NCBI RefSeq assembly: GCF_001194135.2
Contig: NC_068998.1
Coordinates: 17,334,746 to 17,398,745, forward strand
Reading direction: 5' to 3'
Length of the DNA stretch: 64,000 nucleotides
Source of the DNA: Octopus bimaculoides
Lineage: Eukaryota
The translations under genes were made by a program, and so were the position numbers. Shown one piece after another: positions 12,581 to 25,272 of this stretch. The stretch's first letter is position 1. Each line of letters starts with the position of its first letter. The notes beneath the pieces are model-generated. The model was given only the letters and a program-made list of their open reading frames with translations. It was not told where the DNA came from and ran no database searches.

Positions 12581-13467
12581 CCTTGTTTACAAAAAGAATT
12601 ATTGTTCTGGAATTTTCTTTCTGTATATTTCATATACTGTTTTCTTTCAAAACAGTCCACATTATAATAATCTACGGTATTCTCTGACATTCTAAACTGA
12701 ACTTTTAAGAACAATTAATTTGATTTTTTCTCCCCTAATTCAGTTATAATTTGTGAACTTTAACTGCTTTCTACATACATTATTTTCATTAAGTTTTTAT
12801 TTCTTGAATTTTTGTTGTTGTTGGATTGACATTACCTAAGAGAGAATTAAAGTGATGAAACTGCAGTTTCATGCGCTTTGCTGTGAAACATATGTAAATA
12901 CATTTTCTTACGCATGTATGTGTGTGTGTATGTGTGTTTTTGTGTACCCTTGTCTTTGCATTGTGTGATGGTTGTCTGATAAATGAGTATCGTTGTCATA
13001 CAAGTGATGTTGTTCATTTCCAGTGAAAAATAAACCTGGCCATCGAAATATATATATATATATATATATTGCCTTGCCAGGAAAACATGCAAGGGGTGGT
13101 GACAGGTAGGGTGTCTGATCATTAAAAATCTGCCATAACAAATTCCATCTGATCCATGCAAACATGAAAAAGTGGACTTTAAATGATGACGATGATGATG
13201 ATAATTCTCTTCACACTCAGAAAAATGAGAGACAAGTTCCAGAGTAAGCTGATTATTCAGCAGAACATGCACATTCCCACCCATCCATTTTCTCATGAAG
13301 AAAATATATAGCAATTTTTATTTAAGTCAAACATAAACCAATACTTAATTATAATGGCTATGCTAATTTACAGGTTGTACATTCTGAGATCAATTGATAA
13401 ACTGTTAATATTAGTATGTATTAGAAAACCAAAGACAAAATAGTTCTAACTTTATACCTAGCATATA

Positions 13468-13752
13468 GTCCAGAACTGGCTCCCTTGGACTATTACTTGT
13501 TCCTATCCATGACTCTCCTCCAGCACTTGTGACACTTCATCAACCAAGAAGAGGTGGAAGCTTCAGTAAAGGAGTTTATATTGAAGGACAAGTACTGATA
13601 TGAGCATGAGATCAAAGAACTTGCAGAAAAGTGGCTTCAGATGGTGCAACACGATAGCTTCTACTTTGAGTGCTAGACTGCTTTTGTTGTAACATGATGA
13701 ATGAAGCAACTATGTCACCAAAATATTGCCAAACTTTTGACTTGACACAATA
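13468..13752 (+). mobile_element. mariner transposon 3' fragment
   Basis: Degenerate PELAPLDYYLF...QEEVEASVKEF...IKELAEKWLQMVQHDSFYFEC* matches a mariner transposase C-terminus, followed by a TIR-like end. Confidence 0.8.
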
Positions 13753-14254
13753 TTAGTCAGACATCATTATGAAGTTAAAGAGCACTTTTAATTGACAAAG
13801 AACAATACTTGAAAACATAAAATAACACTCGAATATGTAAGAAAAATAGCCGCTGTGCAACAACACAAGAGGAAAATTTAGCACAAGCTCTTCTCTCATC
13901 AAAATAGCTATTTTTGGTAATTTTGATGCTAATTAAATGTAATTATTCTTCTCAGGCATGCTTTTCATTTGATTTAGATTCGACAAGTCTAGAAGTCAAA
14001 ATACTCTTAGTTAGAATTCTTTTTTCATTATCTTTCACTGTTGCTTGGAGTCATGTGTATGGAGTTGGGTTGCCTGACCAGGTTTTATTTTTCAAATGAT
14101 TAAAAAACATCTTCGCTTATCGTTTAGGATACCAAACTATCACAAGTGTTGATCGTAATAAGTTTTGAATTGAACACAGCAGAATGTAACTTATAAAATA
14201 AAAGTTCAAACAAGCATATTCCAGACTTAAGTTCCATGTCTGTATCTTTTATCT

Positions 14255-14627
14255 TTAATTTGTTTTAGTTATTTGACTGTGGCCATGCTGGAGCACCACC
14301 TTCAAAGGTTTTAGTCAAACAATTTGACCCCAGGACTTATGTTTTTAAACTCAGTTGATGTAAACACACCAACACCAGTTGTCAAGTGGTGGTGGTGGAC
14401 AAACACAGACACACATAGATATATACATACACACATACACATAGATGCACACATACACACATATACGACAGGCTTCTTTCAGTTTTCATATAACAAATCT
14501 GCTCACAAGACTTTGGTTGGCCAGGGGCTATAGTAGAAGACATTTGCCCAAGGTGCCATGCAGGGAGACTAAACACAGAACCATGTGGTTAGGAAGCAAG
14601 CTTCTTACTAGACAGCCATGCCTGCAC
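14255..14627 (-). mobile_element. SINE family A
   Basis: Same motifs as 6081-6464, more diverged. Confidence 0.85.
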
Positions 14628-14683
14628 CTGGTAAATATGGTAATTACATCCATAGAAAGACTTCAGAAAAATCAAAAAATTGT

Positions 14684-14835
14684 TGTTAAGAAGTTCCACT
14701 TTGCAACCACATGGTTTCAGATTCAGTCCCACAATGTGGCACTTAAGACAAATATTTTCTACTATTGCCCTCAAGCCAACCAATGTCTTGTGAGTGAATT
14801 TGGTGGACAGAAACTGTGTGGAAGTTTGTTGTATA
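14684..14835 (+). mobile_element. SINE head (+), inverted relative to 14255-14627
   Basis: CAACCACATGGTTTCAGATTCAGTCCCACAATGTGGCAC...TGTGAGTGAATTTGGT. Confidence 0.75.
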
Positions 14836-15031
14836 TATTGTGTGTGTGTGTGTGTGTGTGTGTGTATTTTTGAGTTTGTCCTCCACCATAATAAGTATTG
14901 AGATTAATTTGTTTTATTAAACCCTTCAAGGTGGTACTCCAGGATGGCCAGAGTCAAATAACTGAAACAAGTAAAAGATAAACACCAGTACAAGATCATT
15001 AATTTTGTGCTGTAAGAAAGAGAGAAGGGCA

Positions 15032-15068
15032 TTCAACGTTTCAAATCAAAGTCCTTCATCAAGGAAAA
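15032..15068 (-). ncRNA. Possible decayed hammerhead ribozyme motif
   Basis: Minus strand TTC-CTTGATGA-A-GGAC-TTTGATTT-GAAAC-GTT-GAA. The core motifs are in the right order but stem II is broken. Confidence 0.4.
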
Positions 15069-15342
15069 TCAGAGAAGTAGAAAAAGAAAGCAAACATTAG
15101 GTGATGCTTCAACAGTAAACAAAGCATGTTGGAGACTAGCAAATACTTGCCAGTTATTATATAGTTTCATATGTCTTCAATGATAAACTAACTACCCCTC
15201 TCAATGTTACCTGGAAGTATATTTATTAAGGATTAAGTACAGGTTTAGTGATTGGACATAAAGTTGCTGATTCTTCACCTGGCAAACTGACAAACTGTGA
15301 ATTTTTGTTCTCAACAATCTTCCCCATTTTTTACTATCTTTC

Positions 15343-15509
15343 GCCTTTTACTTGTTTCACTCATTGGACTGTGGCCATCTTGGGGCATCACCTTGAATGG
15401 TTTTAGTTGAACAAATCAACTCCAATACTCACTCTACCAGTGGTGGTGGTGGAAAACAGACAAAAAAGAGACCACACACAAAGATATGCGTGTGTGTATA
15501 CATATAAAC

Positions 15510-15542
<33 letters not shown>

Positions 15543-15707
15543 TAGGATGGTCTTTCACACAGTTTCCATCTACCAAATTCACTCACAAGGCATTAGTTAG
15601 CCTGAGGCTATAGTAGAAGATACTTGGCCAAGCTGCTGTGCAGTGAGATTGAACTCAAAATCATATGGTTGTAAAGCAAGTTTCTTAACAGCACAGCCAT
15701 GCCTACA
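15343..15707 (-). mobile_element. SINE family A
   Basis: Tail TTTTACTTGTTTCA..., TA microsatellite, head ...CACAGCCATGCCT. Confidence 0.85.
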
Positions 15708-16454
15708 TCTATTTCTATAACATCTGGTGAATTTCTCCACCTTGTCTCACTGACCTTGTCTTAACATGTATTCTTTTGAATTTACTATTCATTCTTGTGC
15801 ATGCACACATAAACACACACATAACCATATTACCATTAAAAAAAAAATATTCTACTTCATACATTTTTAAATGAGTATATGCTTAAGATATTTATTGACT
15901 TCAGTTCAAAAGAAAGTTTTGAATTCCAGTCTGTCTCAAAATTTTATGAGAAAAATCTGATTTAAATTTCTTTTGACATTTTCCTTTATCCTGAAAAGAA
16001 ACAAAAGAAGGCACTGAAATATGAAACAATTGAGATAGGTTGAGATAATAACATTTCTCGAAATTAAAGAAATCTTCAAATACTACCAAGTAAAACTTTA
16101 TAGTCCCTCTCTTAACAATTTCTATCATAACAAAAGTTCAAATCTCTGTAATATTGCACTAGAAAAAGAGGATTTATGTAATCACTCAACTTGCTACAAA
16201 TAACAACCAAATCTCCATCAAACTATACTCTGCTGTTTTGGATAAGGAAGGACATGTTGGATAACATAGTTCTAGATAACATGCATACCTGAATAATAGA
16301 TGGGACAGTCATGGTTGAAATATCTTTGATTACAAGTCTACTGTTTAGGTCAGTGAGCCTGAACTAAACATTAACATCTTATAAAAGAGTTCCTATGTAG
16401 TCAGCTCTGCCCAATCTTCTCTAATGAACTTGGACATCATATACACAGGTTAGG

Positions 16455-16830
16455 TCATGTACAGGACATACAGTTGCAGTACGTTGCAGCATCCACCATT
16501 TGTCGATATCTGCTCAGGTTGTCCCAAGCAACCCTCCAAGCAGTGTCCCAGTGAGTACCCATATGTAAAATACTGTGACCATGAGCCATGTGGCCAACTG
16601 ACTAACATGACCTGTCAACCCAGCTGGATCATCAGAGAAGGGAATATGGTATGCTGGATCCAACTCTGAAATCAAGCAACATGACCAAACAGTCTAAGCT
16701 GATAATCCTGAATAGTAAAAATAACAGGACACATCCCAGTTTCTGAGTAAAGTCATTGGTTGGATGCAAAATCTGACCAACAGTAGCCCATAATCCAGTG
16801 AAGTGTGAAGCATCCTGGTACAAGACAAGT
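16455..16830 (-). mobile_element. RTE-like LINE 3' end remnant
   Basis: Degenerate minus-strand translation (RLFGHVA.F..LDPA....FSDDPAG....WL...AWRVA.DN.S.YRQMVDAAT) resembles an RTE ORF C-terminus. Confidence 0.7.
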
Positions 16831-17046
16831 TATCCAGCCAATTGAAAATTCCTTTTTTTTTTTTTTCACAGGAATTTTCAATTGCCCGGATAACTGAAGA
16901 GATGTTGGCATGGGCTCCCACCCTGGCATCCGAAACTCAGAGTTTTATCATGGCTACTAAATAAGTGTCACATATTTTTACAGATAAATTCCTCTATTTG
17001 CATAATATCGAGGTCTCTTTCTTTCTTTTGTTTTCCTTCCTGTTAA

Positions 17047-17082
<36 letters not shown>

Positions 17083-17404
17083 ACACACACACACACACAC
17101 ATATGATGGACTCTCCTGTCGAACACGACATATTAGTGTTCAAATGACTTGCATAAATGATTTGTTTATAGTGATCAAATGTTCATGCTGCACATTAGCT
17201 GATTCTCCCCATCAAATTGACATTACCTGAGCAGGTGCACAGTGTATCCTGAGTCAGGTGTCAAAGTGATCACAGAGCAATGTGAGATGAAGTGTTTTGC
17301 TCAAGAGCACAACACACCACTCAGTCTAGGAACTGAAACAATGATACTGCAATTGTGAGTGCAACTCTCTAACCACTAGGCCATGTGCTCTTGACATATA
17401 TATA

Positions 17405-18278
17405 CAGGGTGTGGTGAATAAACTGTCATCTAAATTATGCAAAAATGAAAATAATACTGACATCTCATTTTAACAGATATATTTACCAAAATTACATAGA
17501 AATATCTTGAAACACTAAAGAGTAAATTTATTCAATAAAAATTGCCATTGGCTTCAGCCAAAGCCTCCAAACAACTTTGGAATCTCCTGCAACTCTTCTG
17601 AATGGTTTCTTTGTTTAAATTGGTGAATGCTGCCATAATCCTTGCTTTCAGTTCATGTTTCGTGTTGCAAAGAGTTTTGTTAGTCTCACCCTCAAGTGCA
17701 CCCCACACATAATAATCAAGGGGGTTACAGTCTGGGAAGTTAAGTGGCCAGATGTTAGGGGGGATGTGGTCACAGAAATTGTCTGACAACCATGACTGGG
17801 TTTTCCTGCTTGTGTGGCATAGTGCAAAGTCCTGTTGCCAGACATAGAGTCTTCCAGCAGTCACCCTCTTGACTCGGGGCTGCACTACCTCCTCCAGGCA
17901 CTTGGTGTAGGCCTCTGTGTTGAATCTGATGCAGTGTGGGAAGATGAATGGAGGCATAACATCGCAATCACTAGTGACCACTCCAAACACCATGATGTTG
18001 ACTGGATGTTTGATTTTTATCACTCTCAGTACATGTTCTCAGATTGACATCCAAACACTCTGAAATGTTTGTATTGGAGCTTCTGGCACAAATGCTAAGC
18101 AGTACAGAATGTCGTTTCCAAATTTCTAGCAGAGTGAATTGCATCATGGTGCTGTTTTTCTCACAGACGATGCCCAACTGACCCTATCATACTGTGTAGT
18201 TGACAAAATCAAAAACAAACAATGCATATGCGTGAAATTAAAAATACAAAATGGCAACAATTTATCCATCGCACCCTG
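17405..18278 (-). mobile_element. Internally deleted maT (DD37D) Tc1/mariner transposon
   Basis: TA-flanked imperfect 26-bp TIRs starting CAGGGTG. ORF 17532-18023 has QQD...(37 aa)...PDCNPLD, giving D-37-D spacing by count. Confidence 0.9.
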
Positions 18279-19414
18279 TATATATGCGCATATGAATACA
18301 TACATACACACACACACATATATATGTNNNNNNNNNNNNNNNNNNNNNNNNNNNNNNNNNNNNNNNNNNNNNNNNNNNNNNNNNNNNNNNNNNNNNNNNN
18401 NNNNNNNNNNNNNNNNNNNNNNNNNNNNNNNNNNNNNNNNNNNNNNNNNNNNNNNNNNNNNNATTTGGTTATCTATGTGTGTATTTTTATGTTTGGGTGT
18501 GCCACCCACCACTGCTTGACAACTGGTATTAGTATGTTTACAACCCTGTAACCTACCAGTTCAGCAAAAAGAGATGATAGAATAAGTACTGACAGTCAAT
18601 TTGTTTGACTAAGCCCTTCAAGTCAGTGTCCTAGCATAGCTGCAGTCCAACAAATGAAACAAGTTAAAGATAAAGAAGTCTTTTTTAAATCCTGTATCAG
18701 ACATTATTTGCTATCTTATGCCAATTTTGTGTAAAATGCCATTGGTTATTGTGTTAGTGTAGCAGAAGAGCTAGAAGAACAACAATATAAAAATACAATC
18801 TGATATGCTTCATATTTACACTGTGATCTTTTCTAGAAAGAGAGTAGTAATAAAGAAGAAATTTTTTTCTTTATCTAACACATAAGCAACAAATACTCAT
18901 TGATCCCTAGCTTTTGTAGTCTATGACAGACAAATCTTCACTACTCTTAATGAATAGTCTTCTCTCATTTCAGAAATATCTAATGGTTATGTCATTGATA
19001 ACAAATGCATTTGCTTTGATTTCTATCAAAATCAGAAATATATATTCAGAATACTAAATTTTATGCTACAACCAAAACTAAAAAGATAAAAAGAAGAGAT
19101 GATTCCTTTGTACAAAAAAGTAGGTGATGATCTAAAGGCATGCATTTTAAATGAGAATATTGTATATTTTTAAGTATGTACAATAAGATAAACACACACA
19201 CACACACACACATAATACAGAATTGCACTATCCTCTATCTTACATGAATGCCTTCTAATCAAGTTATGTTACAAATATCACAAGCGACCTTTCCTTATCC
19301 TCATAAATCTGCAATAGCCTAAAAGAAAAAAATCTTCAGCAGCCTCTAACTTCAAACAGCAATGAAATACTGCTCTGATTTCTTTGTCTCTCTTCATATA
19401 CCTATCTGTTTCTC

Positions 19415-19468
<54 letters not shown>

Positions 19469-19828
19469 CATATATATATACATACATATATATGTATACA
19501 TATATATATATACATATATATTCTTTTTCTTTTATTTCTTTCAGTCAAGTAAATCGATCCCATGACTTATTCTTTGTAAGCCTAGTACTTATTCTACCAG
19601 CCTCTTTGGCCAAACCACTCAGTTACAGGGATGTAAACACACCAACATCAGTTGTCAAGCAATGGTGTGGGGTCACAGATACACAAACATGGACAGGCAC
19701 ACACATGTACATACATACATATATTTATATACTGTATGTATATATATATATATATATATATAAGAGACAAGGTGTATGTATGCCGCTATAGTGTTCTTGT
19801 CCCATTCTGTATTATTTATATATATATC

Positions 19829-19863
<35 letters not shown>

Positions 19864-20734
19864 ATATTGTGTGAGTGGTTCATGCCTTATCATTAATATT
19901 CTTGACTCTGTTTGAGAAAAAACACCATTCAACTAATTGGCCAACCTTATCTCATTGAAACTCTTAAATTCTATTACTAAGGGTTACATCATTTTCCTGT
20001 GTCTTGCTTGGTATCACTGTTTGCATCATAACTCATGTTAGATTCAGGTCTGAATTTATTATCTGAAAATATCGGAAATACAATATAATTTGCACAAATG
20101 GAAAAGCAGTGTCTTCTTAAGAGATTTACTATAATTTTCTTTTTCAATGAAGATAAATAGCTAAACCAATATCAGAGTGAGAAAGAAAAAAAAGAAAAAA
20201 CTCAAAACAACCTCAAGAATAATCAACAAGCAGAAAATAACCATTTCCTCTGGCTTTAATCACTAGAATTGAGATATGAGTTTCAAGAAACTTTTGAGGT
20301 GGTCATTTTCAAAAGCTAGCCACAATGGCTGTTTGCGTATTTGTTTTTAAGGCATAGGCTGGACAGTTTTCATGAAAGAACACTAATGCACTAAGCAATG
20401 AATGAATAAGTAGTCATTTCTTCAGCGAACAAGATTATACAAATTAGTTTACAGCACAGAGTTTCATAGTTTCTTCTGGAGCAAACATATATTCACTTAT
20501 TGAACGTATTCACAGATCTCATACAACCATGATTGCTTTGCCTTTCAAACTGTCTCTTATCAGAGAGGGATGTTTTTTTAATCTTAAGAGTCTTAACGAA
20601 GATGGTTGGTTATGTCAGATATACTGGTTATAGATAAAAAGCATTTTTATAAGGTCTAACAGCAGTTAAAAAGAGTGTTGGAAATAATTAACTGACAATA
20701 CTTGTGGAGTGATGACAATGAGGATGATGATGAT

Positions 20735-21436
20735 GATAAACCTTTCTGTTATAGGCACAAGGCCTGCAATTTAGGCGGAGGGGGCTAATAAAGTTAATCA
20801 AACCCAGTACTTGACTGGTACTTATTTTATCAACCCTATGAAAAGCAAAGTCAAACTCAACAGAATTTGAACTCAAGAAATGCTGCTAAATATTTTATCC
20901 AGCATGCTAATGACTCTCCCAGCTTGCTGCCTGAACAACAACAGCAACAACAACAACAACAACAACAGCAGCAGCAGCAACAACAACGTTTTTGGGGGAA
21001 GGGGAAAATCAATTACATCGAGCCCAGTCCATAACTGGTACTTATTTAATTGACTCCAAAAGGATGAAAGGCAAAGTTGACCTCAGTGGAAATTGAACTC
21101 TGAATATAGTGACGGACAAAATGCCAATAAGTATTTTGCCTGGCATGCTAACAGTTCTGCCAGCTCACCGCCTTGATAATAAGATAATGATAATAATAAT
21201 AATAATGATAATATTGATAATAATAATAATGGTTTCAAATTTTGCCACAAGGGCAGCAATTTTGAGAGGGGGGATGAGTTGATTACATCAACCCCAGTGT
21301 TAAACTGGCACTTATTTTATCAACTCCAAAAGGATGAAAGGCAAAGCTGACCTCAGCAGAATTTGAACTCAGAACGTAGTGATGGGCAATATACCACTAA
21401 GCATTTTGTGTGCTAATGATTCTGCCAGCTCGTGCC

Positions 21437-21497
<61 letters not shown>

Positions 21498-22240
21498 TAA
21501 TAATCCTTTCTACTATAGGCACAAGGCTTGGGATTTGTGGGGAGGGGGATAGTTGATTACATCGACCCCAGTATTTGACTGGTTCCTAATTTATCGACCC
21601 CAAAGGATGAAAAGCAGAGTCAACCTCAGTGGAAATAACAATGATAATAATCTTTTCTGTTATAGGCACAAGGCCTGAAATTTGTGGGGAGGGAACTAGT
21701 TGATTACATCAACTCCAATGTTTCACTGGTACTTAATTCATCGACCACAAAAAGGTGAAAGGCAAAGTTGACCTCAGTGGTATTTGAACTCAAAACCTAA
21801 AAACAAAATGCTTAACAGCATTTTGTCTGGCCTGCTAATGTTTTTGCCAGCTCACCACTTTAATAATAATAATAACATTAATAATAATATGAACAATCTG
21901 ATGTGTTTATTTTAATGGCCTATCAATGTATGCAGTGTTTTTCTCTGCCCTAGGTGTCAGGAAGACTCTATGTAAGAAATGGAAACAGAATTGAAAAAAG
22001 ATGATAATAAAGATAATAATAATAATCCTTTCTACTAAAGGCACAAGGCCTGAAATTTTGGAGGAGGGGACTAGTCTATTACATAGACCCCAGTGTTTCA
22101 CTGGTACTTAATTTATCGACACTGAAAGGATGAAAGGCAAAGTTGACTCAGTGGTATTTGAGCTCAGAACCTAAGAGAGACACAATCCTTAACAGCATTT
22201 TGTTTGGCATGCTAATGTTTTTGCCAGCTCACCACTTTAA
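20735..22240 (-). mobile_element. Array of six co-oriented SINE family C copies separated by (AAT)n/(AAC)n
   Basis: Copies at about 20735-20931, 20988-21175, 21229-21440, 21503-21632, 21650-21861 and 22024-22238. All share AGGATGAAAGGCAAAGTTGACCTC and TGCCAGCTCRCC. The central domain resembles MetaSINE-type elements (from memory). Confidence 0.9.
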
Positions 22241-22277
22241 TAATAATAACAACAACAACAACAACAACTACTACTAC

Positions 22278-22349
<72 letters not shown>

Positions 22350-22360
22350 TATATAACTAG
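22240..22360. repeat. Compound trinucleotide microsatellite (AAT)(AAC)(TAC)(TAT)n
   Basis: Read directly from the sequence. Confidence 0.95.
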
Positions 22361-22690
22361 TAGGGCCTATGGAAATTTCATACTGTAAGTTAGCATATTT
22401 GAAAACATTATCATATTAAACACAAGCAAGGAATTTCAAAAAGTTCTTTTGAAATCCTGCCATTTAATCAAAACTCTACTTTCAAATATAATTGAAATGA
22501 ACTTAGAAGGTATTGCTTATTTTCCTTCTTTTAATATGTTTGACAGATATAATGTGCTTTATAGTTTAAGGAAATAAATGAATTAAAAATAAAACTTATT
22601 CATGTGTGTGTGTGTGTGTGCATATTTGCATATATATGTGTGTGTATATATATGTACATATATATTTGTATGTACATGTGTATGTGTGTG

Positions 22691-22758
<68 letters not shown>

Positions 22759-23419
22759 AACTATACCTGTCCAACTAGCACTAAGGCTCAGTCAAAGTTA
22801 TTTAGAAACTGAGATTATTTTCATTTTTCATTTCAGTTCATTTCAGCTTCACATCTACTTGTATATCAATTAATATAACTCTCTATTTGCATATCTGTTG
22901 ATATATCTGTAGATTCATCTATGTACCAATCTATCTATCTAGCTAGCTAGCTAATTGACTATCGTATCTACATTCCTTTCTCAGTAGAGAAAATGGAGGC
23001 ATTAGGAGGAAGGCAGAGGATTGTGGGATGCTATGAATTTATTATATTATTACAGTATTGTATACAAATTATATAATATTATATTAAATATCAAATGATT
23101 CATAGTATATATAAATTAGTAAAATATGAAAAAATTTATTTATATATAAAAATAGGGGTGGGTCGCTGAGGGTACTATGTGGCCTTGAAGGGGGCAGTGG
23201 CCCAAAAAGTTTGAGAACCTCTGGTGTAAAAGATAAAAGTCTAACATCCACAGCTGTTAGCTAACTAAGGTCATTTCACTTAAATTTAACTATCTATTGA
23301 TATATCTTTTAATGCATAAATTTATAAATCTTCATGACAGTGTTTCACTAAGTTAAACATTTCGAAAGTGCCTGTGATTTCAACACATAGATGCCTCTCT
23401 CTCTCTCTCTCTCTGTATG

Positions 23420-23454
<35 letters not shown>

Positions 23455-23464
23455 NNNNNNNNNN

Positions 23465-23498
<34 letters not shown>

Positions 23499-23499
<1 letters not shown>

Positions 23500-23726
23500 T
23501 GGGTTGTCTGGAAAGTTCATGCCAATTTATAGTAGCATACCTTTCAACTTATTTGCCTTGAAACCACCTCAATTCTGGGAGGAGGGTATCTTCAAGTTAA
23601 AGGAAAGATGGAGACGCATTGTGCAACAAAATGGTTCATATTTGGTTGATTAAAAATGGAATGGCAAGTATTTATTGACCTTTTTCTTTCCTTTAAAAAT
23701 TGGCACAAACTTTCCCGACAACCCAA
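23499..23726 (+). mobile_element. Non-autonomous mariner element (228 bp)
   Basis: TIRs TTGGGTTGTCTGGAAAGTTCATGCCAATTT / AAATTGGCACAAACTTTCCCGACAACCCAA, within a (TA)n run. Retains the transposase C-terminus GIFKLKERWRRIVQQNGSYLVD*. Confidence 0.9.
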
Positions 23727-23737
23727 TATATATATAT

Positions 23738-24545
23738 GCCTTGAAAATATTCTCCATTTGAAGCAATGCATCAGTCCAGATGTGTTTTCCACTGTTTGGA
23801 AGCAGTGCTGGAACTCTTGAGAAGTAATATCTTTTAATGCCTCCATCATGTTTTTCTTCACTTCCTCCACATCTGCAAACTCCTTAGCATCAGCTTTCGT
23901 CACCAGTGATGACCTCCGAAAAAAGGTCCAGACCAGTTTCCAATTGTTCTTTCAGTTCACGACACACATTCAGCCATGACTGCTTTTGATCTTCCGTGAG
24001 CAAACGAGGCACAAATTATGCTGCAACACTTTTCATTCACAATTCCTCTCAAAACTCATTGGCAGGAGCTCTAGAACACACCAGTCTTATCAACAAGTTT
24101 GTCAATTGTTCGGTGACAGTCCTCCAAGATCAGTCCATGAATTTTCATGATGTTTTCATTTGTTCATGAGGTTGACAGTTGCCCTGAATGAGATTTGTCC
24201 TCAAGCAACAAGTGACCATTCCTACAGCAGGAAAATCACTTGTAAAGTTGTGTTTTGCTCATAGCAGTGTCCCTGTAAGCTGTTTGAAGCATGACAACTG
24301 GTTTGGCTGCCGTTTTCCCAAGCAGAAAACAGAATTTCAAGGAAACATGCTGTTCCTTAGTTTTAGCCATCACAAAAATCGACAAACAGGGAGGTAATAA
24401 CTTGAATTGAAGTAACTGGAAACATTCTCTGTAGGACAAGCCCGTTGTAGTTTGGGCTTCTGCCACTAGAAGCCACTTGATGCAGCCCTCAGGCATCAGT
24501 CTGCCAACCGGCATTGTTGAGTGGGGTCATACTGCCACGTGGTGC
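23738..24545 (-). mobile_element. Second mariner remnant (internally deleted)
   Basis: N-terminus EQHVSLKFCFLLGKTAA...MLQTAYRDTAMSKTQ and C-terminus FADVEEVKK..EALKDITSQEFQHCF; frameshifted. Confidence 0.85.
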
Positions 24546-24587
24546 ATCTTTGGTTTGCAGTGCTTCTCCCTTAGAAATGAGCAAGTA

Positions 24588-25272
24588 TCTCGATTGTGCC
24601 GAATTTGTAATAGAATTGGAAAAACCATTGTCCATATTGTGAATGAATGCCCTTGAGTTGGCCAAAATCCAATGTAAGTTGTGGTGACATGATGAGGTAG
24701 TGAATGCACTGCATTGGAAACTGTGTGAAAAATGAGGGTTGCAAAGAAGCAAGATATGATGCGAACACAAACCACAGGGAGTGGCTGAGTCAGAGACCTA
24801 TAAAATCCTATGGGATTCCCCAGCTACTTGAGCACAACAAGTTGGACCTGGTGGTGATGGACAAGGTGAACCACATGTGCTCTGTAATTGATGTTGCATG
24901 CCCCTTTGACCCACAAATAGTTAAGAAGGAAAGTGAAAAAAATAGATGTATACAATCCTTTTAAATATGAGATAGCTCAACTGTGGAAAATAAAAAAGGT
25001 GAAAATAGTGTCAATCATTGTTGGGGCCTTGGGACAGTATTAAAAGTTATCAAGAGGAATATAAAGGAAATGGGAATAGAGTGCCCAGTAGAGCTGTTGC
25101 AAAAAGTTTGCCTCTCTGGTACAGCCAGAATCATCAGGAAAGTATTATATAGTTGAAGAGAACAGATAGCATGGTACTGTAGGCTGCATGTAGCAAACCT
25201 GTAACTCATGCAAAACTCCAGAAGTTCCAATAAAACCTGAGTTGTAATGATAATAATAACGATAATAATAAC
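24588..25272 (+). mobile_element. R4/Dong-like non-LTR retrotransposon 3' fragment (CCHC finger plus restriction-like endonuclease)
   Basis: CRICNRIGKTIVHIVNECP, *HDEV..ALHWKLCEK, KILWD, NKLDLVVMDK...VIDVACPFD..KE.EK, IVSIIVGALGTV. Has stops and frameshifts and ends in an (AAT)n run. Confidence 0.85.

Noticed and set aside
20934-20987. (CAA/CAG)n tract resembling a polyglutamine exon
   Set aside because: It sits between two SINE copies with no splice context, so it is a spacer microsatellite.
20735-22240. Repeat-spacer appearance suggesting a CRISPR-like array
   Set aside because: Units are ~200-bp diverged SINEs separated by microsatellites, in a eukaryotic context with no cas genes.
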